Origin: a virus
Lineage: Duplodnaviria > Heunggongvirae > Uroviricota > Caudoviricetes
Virus record (IMG/VR): IMGVR_UViG_2706794691_000016
DNA: 5,696 bases
Strand: one strand, 5' to 3'
Part shown: in pieces, positions 1 through 5,601 of the stretch
Numbering within the stretch: the first letter of the stretch is position 1
Layout of the letters: every line of letters starts with the position of its first letter
Made by a program: the position numbers and the translations under genes
Notes under the pieces: model-generated
Database searches by the model: none
What the model was told of the DNA's origin: nothing
Seen by the model: only the letters and a program-made list of their open reading frames with translations

Positions 1-122
1 CAGAATGCATAAACTAAAAGTAAAACAAATAGTTATACGAAAAACAACCATATTTATTCTATCTTCTCCTCTAATCAACATATCAATTATGTGTTTCATA
101 ACAGCTTGACATAACCCTCCAA

Positions 123-145
123 AAGATGCATTTTTAATGCATGTT
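123..145 (+). promoter_or_regulatory. Putative NsrR-type operator: AAGATGCATTT-t-TAATGCATGTT, an 11-1-11 imperfect inverted repeat, just upstream of the DUF1971 gene
   Basis: Seen in sequence: two ATGCAT cores in inverted-repeat context at 123-133 and 135-145. A TTGACA -35-like hexamer lies at 106-111. From memory the NsrR consensus is AAnATGCATTT-n-AAATGCATnTT and E. coli yeaR is in the NsrR regulon. Not verified by scoring. Confidence 0.45.
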
Positions 146-160
146 TTGGAGGAGGTGGTT

Positions 161-577
161 ATGACACACAAGAGAATTCCTAAAGATTGGGTAATCAAAC
201 GCTCAACTCCGTTCTTCACAAAAGAGAACGTACCTTCAGCGTTATTAACACATCATAATACAGCAGCAGGTGTTTTTGGGCAGTTGTGCGTAATGGAAGG
301 CACTGTAACATATTATGGTTTNNNNNNNNNNNNNNNNNNNNNNNNNNNNNNNNNNNNNNNNNNNNNNNNNNNNNNNNNNNNNNNNNNNNNNNNNNNNNNN
401 NNNNNNNNNNNNNNNNNNNNNNNNNNNNNNNNNNNNNNNNNNNNNNNNNNNNNNNNNNNNNNNNNNNNNNNNNNNNNNNNNNNNNNNNNNNNNNNNNNNN
501 NNNNNNNNNNNNNNNNNNNNNNNNNNNNNNNNNNNNNNNNNNNNNNNNNNNNNNNNNNNNNNNNNNNNNNNTTGTAA
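161..577 (+). CDS. DUF1971 domain protein (YeaR-like, tellurite-resistance-related family)
   Basis: ATG at 161 preceded by GGAGGAGG (148-155) with a 5-nt spacer. Visible N-terminus MTHKRIPKDWVIKRSTPFFTKENVPSALLTHHNTAAGVFGQLCVMEGTVTYYG resembles E. coli YeaR as I recall it (TRSTPFw, GV.. L.VM.G.V.Y.GY pattern). The 3' end lies in or just after the 322-571 mask; 577 is the first visible in-frame stop, so the end is uncertain. The ORF-track start at 137 is rejected because it lacks an RBS and sits inside the operator. Confidence 0.6.
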   Translation: MTHKRIPKDWVIKRSTPFFTKENVPSALLTHHNTAAGVFGQLCVMEGTVTYYGXXXXXXXXXXXXXXXXXXXXXXXXXXXXXXXXXXXXXXXXXXXXXXXXXXXXXXXXXXXXXXXXXXXXXXXXXXXXXXXXXXXXL

Positions 578-689
578 ATATATTGGTTCTACATTGACAG
601 GAGACTTCAACCATAAGAAGTAATCTGAATACTTGAGCAATAAATTTACTTAAGATTAATGAGCGCACCTTGCCGGACAAAGATAAACC

Positions 690-708
690 AAGGTAACACC
701 TTTTTTCT
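690..708 (+). terminator. Weak candidate intrinsic terminator: AAGGT-aac-ACCTT hairpin followed by TTTTcT
   Basis: 5-bp stem, 3-nt loop, then a T-tract, downstream of the DUF1971 gene. The stem is short and AT-rich, so this is weak. Confidence 0.2.
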
Positions 709-1127
709 AGCCAGTATGTAATCAATCAGAAAGCCGCTCCATAAGAACAACAGCAAGACAATAAATTGCCATTACAGCCGCAATAGCCAGCGCACATTTG
801 AGAACCAGCACGACAACCCCCTGTATTAGACGCACACCAGTCCTGATAAATATGAGGCTGTCTCGTCAGTGATTCAATACAACTATTGGGTATAGTTTCT
901 GTGATTTTATTCTGTAGAAATGGAACACAACAACCAGTCACCACCAGCACTTCCTTAAATGCTCTAAGTCAGAAACAAGCCAACATTTTAGTCCGCTTTG
1001 AGCGATCTGCAGACATTGCTAGCAGCCTTCTGTGTGAATTCTCAGGGAGCAGGTCGGCATAGCATCACGTTGAGGCTCTTACCCTACTTGTTCACACCAA
1101 CCCTAACTCCACAGACTGATTCATAAA

Positions 1128-2024
1128 TTAGTAATCTGCGTGTTTCGCACTTTTCAGAAATGCTTTCATATTTTCATTAGGTCGCTCAATTTCGAAGTTA
1201 CTTCCATATAACTCTTGTAATTTTGGCCATAACTTACTTAATAACCCTCTCCTGCGATAAAATGGATGTATCCAAACGGTAGATAGGTACGGAGAATTTG
1301 CATTTGAATTGTTTATTGTGACCAGCCCAACTAAACATTGTCGATAACCACTATTATCCATTGATTGTATTTCTTCGACGAATGGATACGCGATTACATC
1401 AGTCCAACCATGATCGGTTGTATCCCATTGCATTCCGTCATGACATTCCTTCGACTGATAGCGGCGTAAAGCTACACACGCGAGCTTTTGCCAATCTGGA
1501 GAATTAATTGTGATCTCTTCATCGTATGACGCGCCTATTGGAGCGGGTATTGGTCTGATTAATCCAGCATGGCATTCATCATAGAACTTCATGNNNNNNN
1601 NNNNNNNNNNNNNNNNNNNNNNNNNNNNNNNNNNNNNNNNNNNNNNNNNNNNNNNNNNNNNNNNNNNNNNNNNNNNNNNNNNNNNNNNNNNNNNNNNNNN
1701 NNNNNNNNNNNNNNNNNNNNNNNNTCTTAAGAGTTTAATTAAGTTAATACAAGCTTCTTCACTAGTCTTGCCGTTGATGCGAAGTATGTTAGGACTAAAG
1801 TAATATTCATCCATATCAGGGAATGCAGCTTCGCAAAACTCCTGTACATAATTTAGCACCTGGATTCTACAGAGATCATCATAGCTGGTAATAACTAAGG
1901 GGGTATCTTCATTACTATTATGATTATCAATAATGCAATCTATAGCGAGACTTACTGCTTTGCGTATCACTTCAGTTGAATCTAACGACTCTAAAAATTT
2001 TGTCTTTCGTGTGCGAATATCCAT
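1128..2024 (-). CDS. Hypothetical protein P3 (298 aa) with a GNAT-acetyltransferase-like C-terminal region and an unrecognised N-terminal region
   Basis: Single open frame on both sides of the 1594-1724 mask. ATG at 2024-2022 with an AGGT SD-like element 4 nt upstream, starting 15 nt after the P2 stop. C-terminus ...VWIHPFYRRRGLLSKLW...NENMKAFLKSAKH resembles GNAT motif A and the C-terminal N..A..FY.K motif by eye only. Two ECH-G motifs (DECHAG, KECHDG) about 43 residues apart. Confidence 0.7.
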   Translation of the reverse strand: MDIRTRKTKFLESLDSTEVIRKAVSLAIDCIIDNHNSNEDTPLVITSYDDLCRIQVLNYVQEFCEAAFPDMDEYYFSPNILRINGKTSEEACINLIKLLRXXXXXXXXXXXXXXXXXXXXXXXXXXXXXXXXXXXXXXXXXXXXMKFYDECHAGLIRPIPAPIGASYDEEITINSPDWQKLACVALRRYQSKECHDGMQWDTTDHGWTDVIAYPFVEEIQSMDNSGYRQCLVGLVTINNSNANSPYLSTVWIHPFYRRRGLLSKLWPKLQELYGSNFEIERPNENMKAFLKSAKHADY

Positions 2025-2039
2025 GTATGACCTGCGCTA

Positions 2040-2602
2040 TTAAAATTCATGAATGAACGGTTTGTCATCTGGTTGCAAAATGGTGGTTTTATTCGTTGCT
2101 ACATTTAAACTGTTGTAGAGCATAATTGCCAGGTTCGATGCATTTTCAATCAGCGTTTCAAGATCCTGGTCTGTAATCACTACGAGGTTCCCTTCTTTAT
2201 CCTTTCCACCACGATGCACTAAGTGATTTCGATTGAGGGTTGCCAATTCAATAGCTTCTATCGGACAGTCTTTTTGTACTTTTATATCGAATGTAGCTTC
2301 ATAGCGGTCGATTACCTTTTTAGTGCTATGCCAGCTTGCACTGATCAAGTGTTCCTTGATTGACCTGATTAGCTCTCCCCTAATTTTCTCGATGGGTTCA
2401 CCCTTGAAAGGCAACGCAGCAATATCTTTGCTTACTTTAAATTCAGTCTTACCTTTTTCTATACAATTGGCTATGTAGACATCATCTTTCTCTATAGAAT
2501 TAATGAATAGCTCAACATAAAGCGTTTCCAAAGCTGTAATAACATTCGTGTAGAGCAAACTAAGCAAGTGGTTTTTTTGCTGTTGTTCAGTTTTATCTTT
2601 TG
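2040..2602 (-). CDS. Hypothetical protein P2, C-terminal 186 aa visible, containing a candidate HEPN-type Rx4H motif (RNHLVH, codons at 2214-2231)
   Basis: 186-codon open frame in AT-rich DNA ending at TAA 2040-2042; the N-terminus is inside the 2603-2852 mask. Motif context ...ELATLNRNHLVHRGG... fits the R-[N]-x3-H signature of HEPN RNases. The family call is a motif-level inference only. Confidence 0.65.
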
Positions 2603-2852
2603 NNNNNNNNNNNNNNNNNNNNNNNNNNNNNNNNNNNNNNNNNNNNNNNNNNNNNNNNNNNNNNNNNNNNNNNNNNNNNNNNNNNNNNNNNNNNNNNNNN
2701 NNNNNNNNNNNNNNNNNNNNNNNNNNNNNNNNNNNNNNNNNNNNNNNNNNNNNNNNNNNNNNNNNNNNNNNNNNNNNNNNNNNNNNNNNNNNNNNNNNNN
2801 NNNNNNNNNNNNNNNNNNNNNNNNNNNNNNNNNNNNNNNNNNNNNNNNNNNN

Positions 2853-3072
2853 CATAGCCACCTTCTCTACTTTCATACGGACAAGCATTTGCCGGATCTT
2901 CAAAGTTTTCAAAGAACCAGTTTTTCATTACTTCGAGTTGATCTTTTTTGCTTATGTATTTTAAAGATTTTAGTGGAACTTTCTTTCCATTAACCTCGAA
3001 AACAATTTTCACGATGTAACGCTCCCTTGTATCAATTGCGCAACTATTATACCACAGCGAAATACAGGGCAT
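2853..3072 (-). CDS. Hypothetical small protein P1 (N-terminal 73 aa visible; 3' end within or just past the 2603-2852 mask)
   Basis: ATG at 3072-3070 preceded by AAGGAGG with a 6-nt spacer. Translation MPCISLWYNSCAIDTRERYIVKIVFEVNGKKVPLKSLKYISKKDQLEVMKNWFFENFEDPANACPYESREGGY. Under a length-preserving mask it is in a different frame from P2, so it is either a separate upstream gene or there is a frameshift. The first visible in-frame stop is at 2593. Confidence 0.5.
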
Positions 3073-3110
3073 AACCTGCCTCCTTAAACTAACATACCAT
3101 GAGCCAGCAA

Positions 3111-3136
3111 TGTCCGCTATTGGCACAAAGCGGACA
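3111..3136 (-). promoter_or_regulatory. Perfect 8-bp inverted repeat TGTCCGCT-N10-AGCGGACA upstream of P1, next to a TTGACA hexamer on the coding strand; candidate operator or promoter element
   Basis: Seen in sequence in the 137-nt gap between the gene Y stop (3211) and the P1 start (3072). The function is inferred. Confidence 0.25.
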
Positions 3137-3210
3137 ACCACGCTAGCTCTCCCCTGTGCCAGAAAAATGTCAATTTACATATGAACTAATGCTCTTTGAT
3201 CTAGTAACGT

Positions 3211-3627
3211 CTATAAATACCGAAGATTTCCTTGATAAAATGCCAGTACACGTTTCATAACTTCACTCTTCCGGCACTCGCGACAGATTATGTTCTGACG
3301 CCTGTCATAGCGGCGTATTTCTCCGTCTGGTAATGACCAGATAAGGTCAGGATCAACCACAACCGTTTTTTTCACCTTTGCCCTGGATAGTTTTTTGCGG
3401 GCGTTTTTCCAATCCTTACGAGCCTGTTCAGACGGGAATAACCCATAGCCAGAGTTGTATACATCGCCACTGGCAACCAACTCTCTGGCAAGAATGCTCA
3501 TCAGATATCTTGTCGCACCTGTCTTGGCCTCCAGTTGCCTTAACGTCTCGCGCCCACTCTGGCGTACCAACTCAACAACCTGCTCCTTAATTTTTTCACG
3601 CTCTTCCTGTGTAAAAACTTTTGCCAT
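3211..3627 (-). CDS. Hypothetical prophage protein Y (138 aa) with a possible helix-turn-helix region and a basic C-terminal half
   Basis: ATG at 3627-3625 with GGAGG 5 nt upstream; stop TAG at 3213-3211. Translation MAKVFTQEEREKIKEQVVELVRQSGRETLRQLEAKTGATRYLMSILARELVASGDV... Lies immediately downstream of gene X in the replication-module operon. No family recognised. Confidence 0.65.
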   Translation of the reverse strand: MAKVFTQEEREKIKEQVVELVRQSGRETLRQLEAKTGATRYLMSILARELVASGDVYNSGYGLFPSEQARKDWKNARKKLSRAKVKKTVVVDPDLIWSLPDGEIRRYDRRQNIICRECRKSEVMKRVLAFYQGNLRYL

Positions 3628-3642
3628 AAGCGCCTCCGGCAA

Positions 3643-4203
3643 TCACTTTTCCGACACAATACGACTGGAGGAATCGACAATCTGTCGGACAATATCCCGG
3701 TGCTTGTTCAGCTCCCGCAGCGCGGCGCAGACTCGCTCCCACTTCTGGACATGATTTTTCGCCCGACGCAGTTCGCGGTTTGCCATATGCAGCGATGGTA
3801 AAACTAGGTCATCCGCTTGCGTTTCAGTAAACGATGGCAGCGACTGCACAATGTCCGCCACAGTTTCTGTTTTAATATCTTCCTGTGTTGCCGCTTCCTG
3901 TACTGGTAACGCAACACCGGCTGGCTGAGGAANNNNNNNNNNNNNNNNNNNNNNNNNNNNNNNNNNNNNNNNNNNNNNNNNNNNNNNNNNNNNNNNNNNN
4001 NNNNNNNNNNNNNNNNNNNNNNNNNNNNNNNNNNNNNNNNNNNNNNNNNNNNNNNNNNNNNNNNNNNNNNNNNNNNNNNNNNNNNNNNNNNNNNNNNNNN
4101 NNNNNNNNNNNNNNNNNNNNNNNNNNNNNNNNNNNNNNNNNNNNNNNNNNNNNNNNNNNNNNNNNNNNNNNNNNNNNNNNNNTTCCGGCAGTTCTGCCTG
4201 CAT
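3643..4203 (-). CDS. Hypothetical prophage protein X (C-terminal 96 aa visible; start at or upstream of 4203)
   Basis: Open frame ending at TGA 3645-3643, 15 nt before the gene Y start. Visible C-terminus ...LHMANRELRRAKNHVQKWERVCAALRELNKHRDIVRQIVDSSSRIVSEK. An ATG (MQAELPE) sits at 4203-4201 but the frame stays open upstream into the mask, so the true start is unknown. Confidence 0.55.
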   Translation of the reverse strand: MQAELPEXXXXXXXXXXXXXXXXXXXXXXXXXXXXXXXXXXXXXXXXXXXXXXXXXXXXXXXXXXXXXXXXXXXXXXXXXXXXXXXXXXXXPQPAGVALPVQEAATQEDIKTETVADIVQSLPSFTETQADDLVLPSLHMANRELRRAKNHVQKWERVCAALRELNKHRDIVRQIVDSSSRIVSEK

Positions 4204-4476
4204 TGGCTGTTCCTGCTGAACGTNNNNNNNNNNNNNNNNNNNNNNNNNNNNNNNNNNNNNNNNNNNNNNNNNNNNNNNNNNNNNNNNNNNNNNNNNNNNN
4301 NNNNNNNNNNNNNNNNNNNNNNNNNNNNNNNNNNNNNNNNNNNNNNNNNNNNNNNNNNNNNNNNNNNNNNNNNNNNNNNNNNNNNNNNNNNNNNNNNNNN
4401 NNNNNNNNNNNNNNNNNNNNNNNNNNNNNNNNNNNNNNNNNNNNNNNNNNNNNNNNNNNNNNNNNNNNNNNNNAAT

Positions 4477-5208
4477 TCACCCATCGNNNNNNNNNNNNNN
4501 NNNNNNNNNNNNNNNNNNNNNNNNNNNNNNNNNNNNNNNNNNNNNNNNNNNNNNNNNNNNNNNNNNNNNNNNNNNNNNNNNNNNNNNNNNNNNNNNNNNN
4601 NNNNNNNNNNNNNNNNNNNNNNNNNNNNNNNNNNNNNNNNNNNNNNNNNNNNNNNNNNNNNNNNNNNNNNNNNNNNNNNNNNNNNNNNNNNNNNNNNNNN
4701 NNNNNNNNNNNNNNNNNNNNNNNNNNNNNNNNNNNNNNNNGATAGCTGCCGCTAAGTGATTCTTCCCGGTACCAGGTTTTCCGCTGAACGCAAAATTTGT
4801 ACACCCGGTCATCAGTTCATCGGCGATGGATTTCGCCTGGCTTAACGCGTATCGCTGGCCGTCGTTCTGCACCTGGTAATTCGCAAACGAGCATTTACGG
4901 TGCAACGGCTGGATGCCTGAGCGATTCAGAATTTTTTCCACCCGCAACTGGCGATTNNNNNNNNNNNNNNNNNNNNNNNNNNNNNNNNNNNNNNNNNNNN
5001 NNNNNNNNNNNNNNNNNNNNNNNNNNNNNNNNNNNNNNNNNNNNNNNNNNNNNNNNNNNNNNNNNNNNNNNNNNNNNNNNNNNNNNNNNNNNNNNNNNNN
5101 NNNNNNNNNNNNNNNNNNNNNNNNNNNNNNNNNNNNNNNNNNNNNNNNNNNNNNNNNNNNNNNNNNNNNNNNNNNNNNNNNNNNNNNNNNNNNNNNNNNN
5201 NNNNNNNN
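4477..5208 (-). CDS. DnaC-like (IstB/AAA+) replicative helicase loader of a prophage replication module
   Basis: Visible segment 4741-4956 translates to NRQLRVEKILNRSGIQPLHRKCSFANYQVQNDGQRYALSQAKSIADELMTGCTNFAFSGKPGTGKNHLAAAI. This closely parallels E. coli DnaC as I recall it (FNRSGIRPLHQNCSFENYRV...FIFSGKPGTGKNHLAAAI), including the Walker A motif. Both ends are masked: 4477 is the first visible in-frame stop, which would make the C-terminus about 38 aa shorter than E. coli DnaC, and the start is somewhere in 4957-5208. Confidence 0.75.
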   Translation of the reverse strand, partial: XXXXXXXXXXXXXXXXXXXXXXXXXXXXXXXXXXXXXXXXXXXXXXXXXXXXXXXXXXXXXXXXXXXXXXXXXXXXXXXXXXXXNRQLRVEKILNRSGIQPLHRKCSFANYQVQNDGQRYALSQAKSIADELMTGCTNFAFSGKPGTGKNHLAAAIXXXXXXXXXXXXXXXXXXXXXXXXXXXXXXXXXXXXXXXXXXXXXXXXXXXXXXXXXXXXXXXXXXXXXXXXXXXXXXXXXXXXXDG

Positions 5209-5601
5209 CAATAGCCTCCGGCTCGAATTTTTTAGACGCTCGTTTTTGGCGAGGGGGAGATCAGTATTTAGATCTTCCTCTTCCTCTTCCTCTGGTAACG
5301 CTTTTTGATCCGTTTGTGTAACGCTGGCAGCGTTACCTTTTCGTTTCAGTTCGCGTATTTTTGTTACTCGCTCGTTTGTAACCGCCCGTTTTTTTTAGAG
5401 CTTTTTCCGTTATGACGTTCAAAGTTAGGTAGAGAAAGCCCTCCGTCATTTTCGACCAGCCATCCAACCTGAATTAACGCATCAGCAAAACCAGACATAA
5501 AAGTGATGCGATCTATTGCACTTTTTGTAACGCCGCGAGCGTTACAATCTGCATTACCGTCTATCATTTGTTGATCCGCCCATGCCCAGAAGCGAATAAC
5601 C
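5209..5601 (-). pseudogene. Lambda O-like replication initiator gene, 5'-truncated by an IS insertion and frameshifted at an A8 tract
   Basis: Frame 0 (5601-5367) reads VIRFWAWADQQMIDGNADCNARGVTKSAIDRITFMSGFADALIQVGWLVENDGGLSLPNFERHNGKSSKK and stops at 5366-5364. The -1 frame opens inside the A8 tract (plus-strand T8 at 5389-5396) and runs open into the mask as KKRAVTNERVTKIRELKRKGNAASVTQTDQKALPEEEEEEDLNTDLPLAKNERLKNSSRRLL with no start codon. The ...QGG..P...NEGKSPKTR region of lambda O, as I recall it, aligns across the shift. Sits immediately upstream of the DnaC-like gene. Confidence 0.55.
5295..5382. repeat. Iteron-like repeats inside the O-like gene (candidate prophage origin): GTAACGCT at 5295-5302, palindrome GTAACGCT-GGC-AGCGTTAC at 5318-5336, GTTAC at 5363-5367, GTAAC at 5378-5382, interspersed CGTTT(G) motifs
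   Basis: Repeats seen directly in the sequence. By analogy to lambda, where ori lies within gene O and consists of dyad-symmetric iterons next to an AT-rich tract; here the T8/A8 tract and flanking AT-rich bases are adjacent. Confidence 0.35.

Noticed and set aside
1-100. Possible divergent minus-strand gene start (ATG at 51-49, hydrophobic MVVFRITICFTFSLCIL...) leaving the window
   Set aside because: Only 17 codons are visible, the SD-like GAGGAG is about 14 nt from the ATG, and there is no way to confirm it within the window.
137-160. ORF-track start at ATG 137 (MHVLEEVVM...) for the DUF1971 gene
   Set aside because: No RBS, and it lies inside the putative operator; the ATG at 161 has a strong GGAGG at the proper distance.
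216-725. Minus-strand ORFs 216..725 and 245..640 and plus-strand ORFs 286..597 and 315..623
   Set aside because: They are open almost entirely because they run through the 322-571 mask (X codons), and they overlap or lie antisense to the DUF1971 gene.
950-1127. Search for a tRNA or tmRNA gene or att site in the gap flanking the cassette
   Set aside because: No cloverleaf-compatible sequence or conserved T-loop motif found by eye; no integrase gene in the window to anchor an att site.
1591-1803. Plus-strand ORF 1591..1803
   Set aside because: Mostly masked positions and antisense to the well-supported P3 gene.
2568-2993. Plus-strand ORFs 2568..2993 and 2600..2857, and the MKTLKIRQ start at 2912 of the ORF-track version of P2
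   Set aside because: The plus-strand ORFs are mask artefacts antisense to P1/P2. A P2 start at 2912 would overlap the RBS-supported P1 coding region by about 160 nt in another frame, so the P2 start is more likely inside the mask.
3378-3754. Plus-strand ORFs 3378..3590 and 3455..3754
   Set aside because: Antisense to genes Y and X, no RBS, and Ser/Thr/Arg-rich composition typical of opposite-strand artefacts.
3804-4804. Minus-strand ORFs 3804..4484 and 3872..4804 and plus-strand ORF 3885..4745
   Set aside because: They span three masks and are open mainly through X codons. The coding frame in the visible parts is the DnaC-like and gene X frame. Only the ATG at 4484 is kept as a low-level observation.
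5274-5293. (CTTCCT)3 tandem repeat
   Set aside because: It simply encodes the poly-Glu stretch (EEEEEE) of the O-like linker on the minus strand, not an independent repeat element.
4797-5321. Plus-strand ORFs 4797..5321 and 4913..5308
   Set aside because: Antisense to the DnaC-like and O-like genes and largely masked.
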